A stretch of 64,000 nt of DNA, from positions 66,172 to 130,171 of the forward strand of contig CAZWQM010000003.1 in assembly GCA_964636225.1 (NCBI GenBank), read 5' to 3'. Shown here piece by piece: positions 1-9,443 of this stretch. The position numbers and the translations under genes were made by a program. The DNA is from an uncultured Thiotrichales bacterium (GTDB lineage Bacteria > Pseudomonadota > Gammaproteobacteria > UBA4575). A model generated the notes under the pieces. The model was not told where the DNA came from and made no database searches. It was given only the letters and a program-made list of their open reading frames with translations. Position 1 is the first letter of the stretch; each line of letters begins with the position of its first letter.

Positions 1-2
1 GA

Positions 3-968
3 CGCGGTCATCGTATAAAACATCGCTGGAACCTGGCATGCGAATATGCGATTAACCCATTACTGGTTGAAGAAGGCTTCACACCACCTCCCGGTACGTT
101 AATTGAAGACAGTTTTACTGGCATGTCTGCCGAAGAAATATATCGCTGCTTACAAGACAAAGATGAAGGTGACGCAGACAGCTCAAATAATGAAAAAGAA
201 GGCAATGACGAGTCGACAGATCCGACCAACGAAGAAGACACGCCGGACTCTCCACCAAATCAAAATCCTGAGCAAAACAACTCGGATCCGTCAAAGTACT
301 CCGGCAGCCCTCAACCCGCCAGCATGTCTCAACAGGAGCTGGATAATTTATCGGTGCAGTGGCAACAACGTTTGGCGGGTGCCGCGCAACAAGCTCAGCA
401 GGCTGGCAAACTGAGCGAGTCCATGGCGCGCATGGTTGAGTTCATGCTGCAACCCAAATTACCCTGGCGTTCATTACTTGCTAGACACATGACTGCGACT
501 GCACGAGATGATTACAATTATTCCCGCCCCTCGTCACGTCGGGGAGGTCCTTCCATTTTCCCAAGCTTACGAAGCTCCCAGGTCAATATGGTGGCGGCAA
601 TCGATGTCAGTGGCTCCATCAGCGACGCGGAAATGAACGAATTTTTGTGTGAGGTAGAGGCAATTAAAGGCCATCTGCGTGCACGCATCAGTTTACTGGC
701 TTGCGATGCTGAGCTAGTGCCGGGATGCCCCTGGGTATTTGAATCGTGGGACGCATTAACTCTGCCCAAAACATTGAGTGGCGGGGGGGGAACTGACTTT
801 CGCCCGGTATTTGACTGGGTGGAACAGCAAGATCAAAAACCTGAAATTCTGATTTACTTCAGTGACTGTGCAGGCAGGTTCCCGGACTATCAACCAGATT
901 ATTCTGTGATCTGGCTGGTTAAGGGTAATAAATCAGTACCTTTTGGACAACGCATACAATTGAACTAA
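3..968 (+). CDS. VWA-like (MIDAS) domain protein, probably MoxR-ATPase-associated (DUF2201-type); the 5' end lies outside the window
   Basis: Frame 3 is open from nt 3 straight into the listed ORF 123..968, so the gene starts upstream of the window. An acidic Asn/Pro-rich linker is followed by DVSGSIS ... LSGGGGTDF ... YFSDC. This is a DxSxS/T/D MIDAS arrangement typical of VWA folds. Confidence 0.5.
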   Translation, partial: RGHRIKHRWNLACEYAINPLLVEEGFTPPPGTLIEDSFTGMSAEEIYRCLQDKDEGDADSSNNEKEGNDESTDPTNEEDTPDSPPNQNPEQNNSDPSKYSGSPQPASMSQQELDNLSVQWQQRLAGAAQQAQQAGKLSESMARMVEFMLQPKLPWRSLLARHMTATARDDYNYSRPSSRRGGPSIFPSLRSSQVNMVAAIDVSGSISDAEMNEFLCEVEAIKGHLRARISLLACDAELVPGCPWVFESWDALTLPKTLSGGGGTDFRPVFDWVEQQDQKPEILIYFSDCAGRFPDYQPDYSVIWLVKGNKSVPFGQRIQLN

Positions 969-2068
969 TGGACTTATCTGACCAGGATATGCTGCGCCTT
1001 AATGTATTGCTTGCACAAGACCTGCACGCTATACGTATTGATGAATCACGCATGGAAGTTCATGCGCTTTCCAGCAAAGGCGAAGCCAGAGTTCCCCTGC
1101 ATACAAATTGTAAAGAAGAAAAATATCTTAAGATTGTGCGCCAATGGTTATCGACAAAAGTACTGGGTTCTCCCGGAGGTTATCCGGTATTTTTACGTCG
1201 CTGGACTCGCATGGGACAAGCTAAAAATGACAGTCTTGAAAAACTGTTATTACTGGGTGAACCGGAAGCGGTAGTTGCGGTAGTACATGTCAACAGCATT
1301 ACCAGTGAAATTGCACGACGCGCTTGGTGGTGTGCACCCAACTCGGAAAATGCCCGCTGCCTACTGGAATCCGAACAAGTTGCGAAAACCGAATTGGGCA
1401 AAGAGCTGGCAGAGTTCCTGGTCGAATTTTTACCTTTTGAAGAAACCTCCAAAGCCCTGATGAATTCGGTAAGACTTATATTGCAACCGAATTTAATAGA
1501 TGAAAATACAAGGCAGGAAATATGGAAACGCGGCAAACGTCGCAACACATACTACGTAGGATTTATTCAGCAATGCCCTCAATCCATGCCTGGCGCTGCA
1601 GTGGCTCACCCCTTACATATGAACAGCCCTGTTGCAGAACTCACGGATGCGTACTCTCAAAAATTATCATCTATTTTTAGCGCTCAGGGTCAGTCCGCTT
1701 TAGAAGCCATGACCACCGTGTTGAAAAAACCCAATGATCAGGATGTCGCAATAGAAATATTCAATGCCATTGGGAAATACTTTCGCACTGACAAACAACA
1801 AATATATCGTTGGCGAGAAATGCATGAATTGGAAGCGTTTGTTGAAATAACTTTAAATGCGCCATCCGACGATTTGAACCATATAATGAACACTTGGCCA
1901 GATGCCAGAAACTATCTATATGCAGTACTATATTTATCCATGATAAGTGAGACCCTGCTGGACCCCGTGTTTGGCGTTACCGATGCAATCGGCTCTGTCA
2001 TGCGCAATCGTATATCACATTTAACTGACCCGATATTGAATCAACTTAACCTACTGAAAGCCTCATGA
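968..2068 (+). CDS. hypothetical protein (366 aa), translationally coupled between the VWA protein and cysG
   Basis: TAATG overlap with the upstream ORF and ATGA overlap with cysG. I recognise no motif in it. Confidence 0.5.
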   Translation: MDLSDQDMLRLNVLLAQDLHAIRIDESRMEVHALSSKGEARVPLHTNCKEEKYLKIVRQWLSTKVLGSPGGYPVFLRRWTRMGQAKNDSLEKLLLLGEPEAVVAVVHVNSITSEIARRAWWCAPNSENARCLLESEQVAKTELGKELAEFLVEFLPFEETSKALMNSVRLILQPNLIDENTRQEIWKRGKRRNTYYVGFIQQCPQSMPGAAVAHPLHMNSPVAELTDAYSQKLSSIFSAQGQSALEAMTTVLKKPNDQDVAIEIFNAIGKYFRTDKQQIYRWREMHELEAFVEITLNAPSDDLNHIMNTWPDARNYLYAVLYLSMISETLLDPVFGVTDAIGSVMRNRISHLTDPILNQLNLLKAS

Positions 2069-3468
2069 GTCTACTTCCTCTCTTTATAGACATTAAAAAC
2101 AAACCCTGCCTGGTTGTGGGTGGAGGCAAAATCGCCACACGTAAAATCAAAATGCTGCGCAAAGCGGAAGCGAACATCACGATTATCGCAACTCATCTTT
2201 GCGATGAACTATCAGAGTTATCTAACAAGCATTCACTCATATGGCATGAACGTGAATTTTTCGACAGTGATATAAATAACCAGAGCCTGATTATTGCGGC
2301 CACTAATGACTCTTCTTTAAATAAACGTATCAGTAATCTTGCAAAACAAAATAATATTCTCGTTAATGTTGCCAACGACTTCAAACAGGGTGATGTGATA
2401 CTACCCTCAATCATAGACCGCGACCCTATTCAGATCGCAGTGACTACCGGTGGCGCATCTCCAGTACTTGCAAGACTATTACGCAGGAATCTGGAACGTT
2501 GCACACCTTCAGCCTATGGCTCCCTGGCATCACTAGTGGAGAAGTATCGCGAGAAAGCTACGCAGACAATCATCAATGAAGACTCACGCAGACGCTTCTG
2601 GGAAGAAGTTTTGCAGGGCCCCATTGCAGAAATGGTACTTACAGGGAAGAAGTCAACTGCTGAAGAAATTTTACAACGTAAATTACTCAATAAAGATTTC
2701 AATAATGAAGAACAAGGTGAAGTATATCTGGTAGGCGCTGGACCCGGTGATCCTGATTTGCTGACATTTCGTGCTTTACGCCTGATGCAACAGGCGGATG
2801 CCGTTGTTTATGACCGTCTGGTATCAGAGCAAATCATGAATTTAGTCAGGAAAGATGCAGAAAAAATTTACGCCGGCAAGCAACGTTCAAACCATGCCTT
2901 ACAACAGGAATCAATTAACCAGTTACTGGTACGCCTCGCCAAACAAGGAAAACGTGTATTGCGACTGAAAGGAGGAGACCCTTTCATTTTTGGTCGCGGT
3001 GGTGAAGAAATAGAAACATTAATGGAAGAAGGTGTTCATTTTCAGGTAGTCCCAGGAATTACTGCTGCTGCAGGCTGCGCATCCTATTCCGGGATTCCTC
3101 TCACCCATCGTGATCATGCCCAGGCTTGTACCTTTGTCACAGGCCATTTACGCGACGGTACCGTTAACCTGAACTGGAAAATGCTGGCCCATGCGAATCA
3201 GACCATTGTTTTTTATATGGGATTGCATGGTCTGAATATCATTTGTGAACAGCTGATTAAACATGGCTTATCTGAGAATACGCCGGCTGCTTTAATTACT
3301 AAAGGAACAACACCTGACCAACGTGTGTTGATAGGTGACTTAACCAGACTTCCAAATCTGGTAGATGAACAACATGTACAGGGTCCGACATTAATCATTG
3401 TCGGTTCGGTCGTTTCCCTGCATACCAAATTACACTGGTACCTGACTGACAACGAAATTAAAGCGTAA
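2065..3468 (+). CDS. cysG: siroheme synthase: precorrin-2 dehydrogenase/sirohydrochlorin ferrochelatase fused to uroporphyrinogen-III C-methyltransferase
   Basis: 467 aa. An N-terminal Rossmann motif LVVGGGKIA is followed by a C-terminal SAM methylase block VYLVGAGPGDPDLLTFRALRLMQQADAVVYDRLVS and GGDPFIFGRGGEE. Confidence 0.9.
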   Translation: MSLLPLFIDIKNKPCLVVGGGKIATRKIKMLRKAEANITIIATHLCDELSELSNKHSLIWHEREFFDSDINNQSLIIAATNDSSLNKRISNLAKQNNILVNVANDFKQGDVILPSIIDRDPIQIAVTTGGASPVLARLLRRNLERCTPSAYGSLASLVEKYREKATQTIINEDSRRRFWEEVLQGPIAEMVLTGKKSTAEEILQRKLLNKDFNNEEQGEVYLVGAGPGDPDLLTFRALRLMQQADAVVYDRLVSEQIMNLVRKDAEKIYAGKQRSNHALQQESINQLLVRLAKQGKRVLRLKGGDPFIFGRGGEEIETLMEEGVHFQVVPGITAAAGCASYSGIPLTHRDHAQACTFVTGHLRDGTVNLNWKMLAHANQTIVFYMGLHGLNIICEQLIKHGLSENTPAALITKGTTPDQRVLIGDLTRLPNLVDEQHVQGPTLIIVGSVVSLHTKLHWYLTDNEIKA

Positions 3469-3471
3469 TAA

Positions 3472-3750
3472 CTAGACGGTATTATGCTTTCTTGAAAATG
3501 ACACCAGTCCAATAAGTCCTGCAGATAGCAGATAGAATGCTGCAGGGAGTGGAACAGGCGCCGGTGTTCCATAATCTCCATACAACTCTACTGCGGCTTT
3601 ACACCAGCCATGACTGCCTGAAGAATTCCTTCCGGCATAATCAGGACAAAGCTCGCCAAATGTTTTATATGGTGAAACCAGTGTTTTTAATTGATCTCTA
3701 TTGGCAAATAAATCATCGGCACTGGTGTATTCTTCGGGGTCATAATACAA
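3472..3750 (-). CDS. C-terminal part carrying a VPLPA-CTERM (PEP-CTERM variant) sorting signal
   Basis: The C-terminus is ...GTPAPVPLPAAFYLLSAGLIGLVSFSRKHNTV: a VPLPA motif, a hydrophobic helix, then basic residues. The annotated start is TTG and the frame continues from the upstream ORF. Confidence 0.55.
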   Translation of the reverse strand: MYYDPEEYTSADDLFANRDQLKTLVSPYKTFGELCPDYAGRNSSGSHGWCKAAVELYGDYGTPAPVPLPAAFYLLSAGLIGLVSFSRKHNTV

Positions 3751-3759
3751 CGCCCAACC

Positions 3760-4182
3760 TCATTCTCTTATTTTGTTATCCGTCACTACTGTTTCTGCAT
3801 AGTCAGCGCCACGTGAAAGATCAACAAAGATATTCATACCCGGCAAGAACCCCGGAACATTGTCATTAAATGTTCCTAACACATAGTTCTTAACATTGTT
3901 AAAACCTTTCTTAATGAAACCTTCAGTTATCGTTACATAGGTCAGAGCACCGCTAATATTGCTTAAAGTCCCCTCGCTTTCATTGTAGTCACCCAAAAGA
4001 ATGCCACTGGAATCCAGATCTACACAGTAATGGACATTCATACCCGGACCAAACAGGTTAGCCTGATATTCAACCATTGCGGCATAAGTGTTGTTGCTCA
4101 TCAATAAAAACCATCCAAGCAAAACACGTGAAATATATCTATATGTTACGTTTATATTATTTACCAACATCATATAACTCAC
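3760..4182 (-). CDS. N-terminal part (signal peptide plus secreted domain) of a VPLPA-CTERM protein; it ends at an in-frame TGA
   Basis: A basic/hydrophobic N-terminus is followed by an AXA-like site (TYAA|M). The ORF is in the same frame as ORF 3472..3750 and the two are separated only by TGA at 3760-3762. Confidence 0.5.
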   Translation of the reverse strand: MSYMMLVNNINVTYRYISRVLLGWFLLMSNNTYAAMVEYQANLFGPGMNVHYCVDLDSSGILLGDYNESEGTLSNISGALTYVTITEGFIKKGFNNVKNYVLGTFNDNVPGFLPGMNIFVDLSRGADYAETVVTDNKIRE

Positions 4183-4578
4183 TGTAATAAAAGTAATTTA
4201 CTTGTGATATACAAATAAAATTTCATGCTCCAACGATACTGCGAAGTGAATCACATAGGCTTGCGGTCATGATTTAACGGTAATTTATCTCTGATGAAAG
4301 GCGAGCTAAAATGAGCGCTTAGTCAAGTTATTCTACATCACTTGTTATCGAATCGCGCATTATCCAGAGTTATATAAAAGTCACAGAAATAGTCTATCGC
4401 TATTAAGTCACTAATACCCAGTGAATTATAATCAACCGCTCTCTAAATTAACTATTTTTCAGTGAACAAGTAATTTATGAATCCAGCATTTTTATAAATT
4501 CTTTATGACTGCATTTAGACTGTTCTCATGAGAATATATTTTTTATAATGTTAGAAACCCGTTTTTCTCGTCAAGCCC

Positions 4579-5118
4579 ATGAATTTATTTATTACAAAAT
4601 TATATTCTCTAACACTACTTTTAATTTTTATGATCATGTTTAACACTTTACATGCCGCAGCACTTGAGACTGGTGATACCGCCCCTGACTTTCAGTTAAG
4701 TGATCAACACGGGAAAACCCAGCAGTTGGCTGACTACAGAGGGCAGTGGGTCGTGTTATATTTTTATCCCAGAGACGACACGCCAGGTTGTACAAAAGAA
4801 GCTTGTGCTTTCAGAGACGACTACAAAACAATAAGCGCACAGAATACCCAGGTACTGGCAATCAGCGTCGACTCACGCGAAAGTCACCACGATTTTGCTA
4901 ACAAATACAATCTTCCCTTTCCTTTACTGGTTGACCATGATGGTAAAATAGCCAAAAAATATCAGGCATTGATGTCGTTGGGCTTTATCAAGCTCGCCAA
5001 GCGACACAGTTTTATTATTGATCCAAATGGAAAAATTCAAAAGATTTACCGCAAGGTGGATGCCGCATCTCACAGTAAGCAAATTTTAGATGACCTGAAA
5101 TGCTTGCAAACCCATTAG
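4579..5118 (+). CDS. bcp: secreted peroxiredoxin, Bcp/AhpC-TSA family
   Basis: It has a signal peptide. VVLYFYPRDDTPGCTKEACAFRDD contains the peroxidatic Cys motif PxxxTxxC. Confidence 0.8.
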   Translation: MNLFITKLYSLTLLLIFMIMFNTLHAAALETGDTAPDFQLSDQHGKTQQLADYRGQWVVLYFYPRDDTPGCTKEACAFRDDYKTISAQNTQVLAISVDSRESHHDFANKYNLPFPLLVDHDGKIAKKYQALMSLGFIKLAKRHSFIIDPNGKIQKIYRKVDAASHSKQILDDLKCLQTH

Positions 5119-5217
5119 AGGCATGTGGTAGTATCTCGCCAGCAATACTTTTGTCCAGTTGGGCAAAAGTAATTTTTTAGTTAGCAGTTCAGGTGTCTCC
5201 TTTTAGTTTTTAAAAGA

Positions 5218-5380
5218 GAGATGAAACAGGGAATCTGGTGAAATACCAGAACTGCCCCCGCAACGGTAATCAAGTCTAAATAAACAAACATGTCACTGCA
5301 TATTTATGTGGGAAGGCTGTTTATTTATTAGTCTAGTTAAAGACAAAAAACTTGGAAGCCCGGAGACCGGCCTGAGACTG
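5218..5380 (+). ncRNA. cobalamin (adenosylcobalamin) riboswitch in the btuB leader
   Basis: The core GGGAATCTGGTGAAATACCAGAACTGCCCCCGCAACGGTAA is present. A B12-box GGAAGCCCGGAGACCGGCCTG lies downstream and closely parallels the E. coli btuB leader AAGCCCGAAGACCTGCC. A CACTGC...GGGAAGGC pairing is also present. Confidence 0.8.
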
Positions 5381-5517
5381 CGCGGCAAATTGCGGTGGGC
5401 AATTCGGGCTGCTTGGACCACACTCGCTTGATAACAAATATCAGCACGTAAGATAGTGTGCGTCTTGCGCATTCTATAGTCACCGCGTTTGCTCAATTGT
5501 CCAATTAAAGGGGAACA

Positions 5518-7425
5518 ATGAGCTACCCACGCAACCTCCGTTTATTTATGCTACTTTTATGCTGCAGCAATTCATTTGCCACAGATATGCTTCGCTCGAT
5601 ATCTGTCACGGCAAGTCGCAGCACAACCCCAACAGAAAACGTGGCAGGCGCATTAACCGTAATTACAAAACAGGAAATAAAAAACTCACACGCAGTGTTT
5701 GTCTCAGAACTGTTACAGAATGTTCCAGGGCTGAATGTCAGTACTCAGGGAAGTTATGGCGGCTTAACCCAAATACGCATTCGTGGCGCTGAAGCCAATC
5801 ACGTCCAGGTAATAATAGATGGAGTTGAAGTCAACGACCCGGCTAACCCATCCGGTTTTGATTTTGCGCATTTATTGGCAGACAACATCGAGCACATAGA
5901 AATATTGCGCGGACCTCAAAGCGCATTGTGGGGAAGCGATGCTCTAGCGGGCGTGATAAGCATCACCACAGCATCTGCATCGCAAGCTAATGAACTTATA
6001 CTAACAAATACTTATGGAGCAAATAATAGTATCTCAAGTAACCTTCTGTTACTTGCTATCAAAGATAATTTTGACATGGCCATCAGCGGAAGCTTTTTTG
6101 ACACGGATGGATATAATACAGCAACCACAGGGCATGAGCGAGATGGTTACGATAATTCTACGGTCAACATCAAAGTAAATTATTCAATCAAGGATAATAT
6201 AGAGACAGGTATCAGCACTCGCTACACTAATGCCAGTAGTGAATTCGACCCGGCGTCCACAGGAGTACCCACTGACGGGTTTGGTAAAAATGAAATTGAG
6301 CAGATCTATGGCCGTGGTTTTTTTAAGCTGAACACTTTAAATCAACAATGGGTGCATTTCGCAGAAGCTTCATTTCTTGACACGAAAAACACTAGCATTG
6401 ATGAAATTTTTGGCCTCTCAAAATCTGAAGCCGGCAAGGAAAAATTTTCGTACCAGTCAACTTTTCATCTACCATCAGTCGAAACTACATTTATCAACCA
6501 CTCTTTAGCAATCACAGCAGAAAGAGAACAGGAGAGATTCAAACAACAAGGAGCCGCATTTCCAGGATTTAACCCAAATCAACGCCAGAAGATTACTAAT
6601 TACAGCCAGATTGCAGAATACAAAGCAGACTTATTTAGTAATTGGTCACTATCGACTTCACTGCGCCATGATAATAACGATGAATTTGACAATCAGACAA
6701 CTTATCGTGTTGGTGTAAATTATCGACATCCCGCAACTGGCACGAAATTGTACCTAACCCATGGAAGCAGCGCGAAGAACCCGACGTTTACAGAACTATT
6801 TGGCTTTGCTCCGAATAATTTTATCGGCAACGCTGATTTACAGGCAGAAACATCTGAATCTTGGGAGTTGGGTATCTCACAAAATTTATTCCAGCAGCAA
6901 TTACAGTTGGATGCCTCACTTTTTTGGGAAGATTTAATTGACGAAATCCAGACAATATTTCTACCATCTTTTCAGTCTACCGTCATCAATAGCGAGTCAC
7001 GCAGTAAACGTAAAGGTCTAGAATTATCTTTAAATGGAAAACTGTCCAGCAATTTATCTGTCACTAGCTCATATACATATCTAGACGCGCGTGAGCCTGA
7101 TACTTCAGGTAATGATCACACCGAAATACGCCGCCCTAAAAACCAGTGGTCGGGTAACCTGCATTATTTATTTTCAGATCACAAAGCAGGTATTGATGTT
7201 AACGTTAATTATATTGGAGACCGCAGGGATATCGACTTCAGCCAGGGTGATAGATTAACATTGAATGACTACACGCTGGTCAATGCCTGCATAAACTATC
7301 AATTTAACGACAACTTTGAAATATTTGCACGGGCTACCAATTTACTAAACAAAAGCTATCAGGATGTGTTTGGTTTTGAAACCAGTAAATTTTCTGGACA
7401 CGTAGGACTAGAAATAAAACTATAA
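5518..7425 (+). CDS. btuB: TonB-dependent outer-membrane receptor, BtuB-like vitamin B12 transporter
   Basis: It has a signal peptide, a TonB-box-like ISVTASR, a plug domain, and a C-terminal beta-barrel ending in an aromatic residue. It sits directly downstream of the cobalamin riboswitch. Confidence 0.8.
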   Translation: MSYPRNLRLFMLLLCCSNSFATDMLRSISVTASRSTTPTENVAGALTVITKQEIKNSHAVFVSELLQNVPGLNVSTQGSYGGLTQIRIRGAEANHVQVIIDGVEVNDPANPSGFDFAHLLADNIEHIEILRGPQSALWGSDALAGVISITTASASQANELILTNTYGANNSISSNLLLLAIKDNFDMAISGSFFDTDGYNTATTGHERDGYDNSTVNIKVNYSIKDNIETGISTRYTNASSEFDPASTGVPTDGFGKNEIEQIYGRGFFKLNTLNQQWVHFAEASFLDTKNTSIDEIFGLSKSEAGKEKFSYQSTFHLPSVETTFINHSLAITAEREQERFKQQGAAFPGFNPNQRQKITNYSQIAEYKADLFSNWSLSTSLRHDNNDEFDNQTTYRVGVNYRHPATGTKLYLTHGSSAKNPTFTELFGFAPNNFIGNADLQAETSESWELGISQNLFQQQLQLDASLFWEDLIDEIQTIFLPSFQSTVINSESRSKRKGLELSLNGKLSSNLSVTSSYTYLDAREPDTSGNDHTEIRRPKNQWSGNLHYLFSDHKAGIDVNVNYIGDRRDIDFSQGDRLTLNDYTLVNACINYQFNDNFEIFARATNLLNKSYQDVFGFETSKFSGHVGLEIKL

Positions 7426-7429
7426 GCCA

Positions 7430-7999
7430 ATGAACTATCGTTTAACAAAAATCTATACTCGCAAAGGAGATGATGGCAGTACATCGCTCGCTTCAGGCGA
7501 ACGCGTGAGTAAGGACTGTTTGCAAATAAAAGCTCAGGGCGATATAGACGAACTTAATTCCAGCTTGGCCTGTGTACGAGCCAATCAAACCAATCAACTT
7601 CTTGAAGATTTATTAATTTGCATTCATCACCATTTGTTTAATATTGGTGGCGAACTTAGCGCACCCAACAGTTTACTCGTCCATCAACACGATGTAGATT
7701 GGCTGGAACGCTGGATTGATCACTTTAATAAAGATTTGCCGCCACTCAAAGATTTTATTCTACCAGGACGGGATCCTGCGGTTGCCCAGTGCCATGTCGC
7801 GCGCGCGGTATGCCGTCGCGCTGAAAGAAGTCTGGTGGAATGGTCTCGCAGCAATAGTGTTCGCAGCGAATTAAGCCGTTATCTAAATCGCTTGTCAGAT
7901 TTATTATTTGTACTCGCACGTGTGCTGGAAAACAATAGCCATGGTCCATCTACCTGTTGGAATAAGCATCTCGTGTTACCAGAACCACCCAATCAATAG
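7430..7999 (+). CDS. pduO: ATP:cob(I)alamin adenosyltransferase, PduO type
   Basis: The N-terminus MNYRLTKIYTRKGDDGSTSL is the hallmark of PduO-type (YvqK) adenosyltransferases. Confidence 0.8.
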   Translation: MNYRLTKIYTRKGDDGSTSLASGERVSKDCLQIKAQGDIDELNSSLACVRANQTNQLLEDLLICIHHHLFNIGGELSAPNSLLVHQHDVDWLERWIDHFNKDLPPLKDFILPGRDPAVAQCHVARAVCRRAERSLVEWSRSNSVRSELSRYLNRLSDLLFVLARVLENNSHGPSTCWNKHLVLPEPPNQ

Positions 8000-8008
8000 T
8001 TTTTAATT

Positions 8009-8902
8009 ATGCGCATCGGAATTGATTTGGGCGGGACAAAAATCGAAATTCTGTCACTTAATGAACAGGGTGAAGTAGTATATCGTGAGCGCTGCAGTAC
8101 ACCACAGGGTGATTACCAACAAACCCTTCTATGCATCAAACAGCTGATTGAAACTGTCGAAAATAAATTAGCTTTGACAGGGACTATCGGTATTTGTACA
8201 CCAGGGTCTATCTCGCCTAACACAGGCTTATTACGTAATAGCAATTCAACTTGCCTTAATAATCAGCCATTCAAACAGGATCTTGAAAGTATCCTGCACC
8301 GAAAAATTCGTATCGCCAATGATGCAAACTGCTTTGCACTTTCTGAAGCTACTGACGGCTCTGCTCAATATGCGAATATCGTATTTGGCGTGATTATTGG
8401 AACAGGCTGTGGCGCAGGAATTGTCATTAACAAACACCTGATTGATGGACCCAATGCAATTAGCGGCGAGTGGGGACATAACCCTTTGCCCTATCCGGAA
8501 ACCGGCGAACTTGATTTAACTCGATGCTGGTGTGGTCAACGCGGCTGCATTGAAACATTTCTGTCTGGCCCGGGGTTGGCACTGGACTATCAACGCCTTA
8601 CTGGAACAAGTAAAACGGGCGAACAAATCATCGAATTATCTAACGAGAACGATATTGCGGCATCGCTATGCTTTACGCGCTATCAACATCGAGTGGCAAG
8701 GAGTCTGGCGCATGTCATCAATATACTTGATCCACATGTCATTGTGCTGGGCGGTGGTCTGTCCAATATTGATTCACTTTATACAAACATTCCTAAACTC
8801 TGGCAACAATATGTATTTTCAGATACTGTAAACACGCAACTGCTTGCACCCACCTATGGAGATTCCAGCGGTGTCAGGGGTGCTGCATGGTTATGGAATT
8901 AA
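8009..8902 (+). CDS. mak: ROK-family fructokinase/mannokinase (Mak-like)
   Basis: It is collinear with E. coli Mak along its whole length. Examples are MRIGIDLGGTK, ANDANC, IIGTGCGAG, the zinc motif CWCGQRGCIE, and DSSGVRGAAWLW. Confidence 0.8.
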   Translation: MRIGIDLGGTKIEILSLNEQGEVVYRERCSTPQGDYQQTLLCIKQLIETVENKLALTGTIGICTPGSISPNTGLLRNSNSTCLNNQPFKQDLESILHRKIRIANDANCFALSEATDGSAQYANIVFGVIIGTGCGAGIVINKHLIDGPNAISGEWGHNPLPYPETGELDLTRCWCGQRGCIETFLSGPGLALDYQRLTGTSKTGEQIIELSNENDIAASLCFTRYQHRVARSLAHVINILDPHVIVLGGGLSNIDSLYTNIPKLWQQYVFSDTVNTQLLAPTYGDSSGVRGAAWLWN

Positions 8903-9423
8903 ATATGTTTAAAAACTTTCAACGCCCTCATCTACTATGGCTTGCCGCCATTATTGTTTTTCTGGCATTGAGCCGCCTGATTCCTCACGCACCTAACTTT
9001 ACTCCCATAGGTGCTATGGCGTTACTGGCAGGCGCCTGCATCCAGGATATCAAGCTAGCCTGGCTTATCCCTTTGACCGCTATGCTTTTAAGTGATGCCA
9101 TCATAGGATTTCACAGTTCGATGTTATATGTATATGGCAGTGTCGCACTGATTGTATTTTGCAGTCATTACTGGCTGAATCGAATCACCTTCATATCCTT
9201 ATTGGTTGCTGCGATTAGTTCTGCGATAATTTTCTTTGCAATCACCAATTTTGGTGCATGGTTATCTCATGACATGTACGCTCATAATTTAATGGGGCTT
9301 ACACAGGCGTATATGGCGGGAATTCCATTTTTTAGAAACACATTGATTAGTAATCTGATTTTTACACTCGTGGCTTTTTTCGCATCCCAGCAATGGATAA
9401 ACAAGCCGCTGGCTAGCAACTAG
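8887..9423 (+). CDS. small polytopic membrane protein of unknown function; the true start is probably at the MFKNF Met near 8905
   Basis: I count 5-6 hydrophobic helices and see no soluble domain. It overlaps the mak stop. Its position last in a B12-riboswitch unit suggests a corrinoid- or vitamin-related membrane component, but that is speculative. Confidence 0.45.
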   Translation: MVMELNMFKNFQRPHLLWLAAIIVFLALSRLIPHAPNFTPIGAMALLAGACIQDIKLAWLIPLTAMLLSDAIIGFHSSMLYVYGSVALIVFCSHYWLNRITFISLLVAAISSAIIFFAITNFGAWLSHDMYAHNLMGLTQAYMAGIPFFRNTLISNLIFTLVAFFASQQWINKPLASN

Positions 9424-9443
9424 TGATGAATTGAAGCAGATCG

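Noticed and set aside
781-788. Run of 8 G in the VWA gene as a potential slippage or frameshift site
   Set aside because: The frame is continuous through it, encoding LSGGGGTDF as part of the MIDAS block, so there is no disruption here.
5559-5792. A 77-aa ORF at the 5' end of the TonB-dependent receptor gene
   Set aside because: It is an out-of-frame overlap within a well-supported btuB-like CDS. It is basic and low-complexity, which is typical of a spurious ORF.
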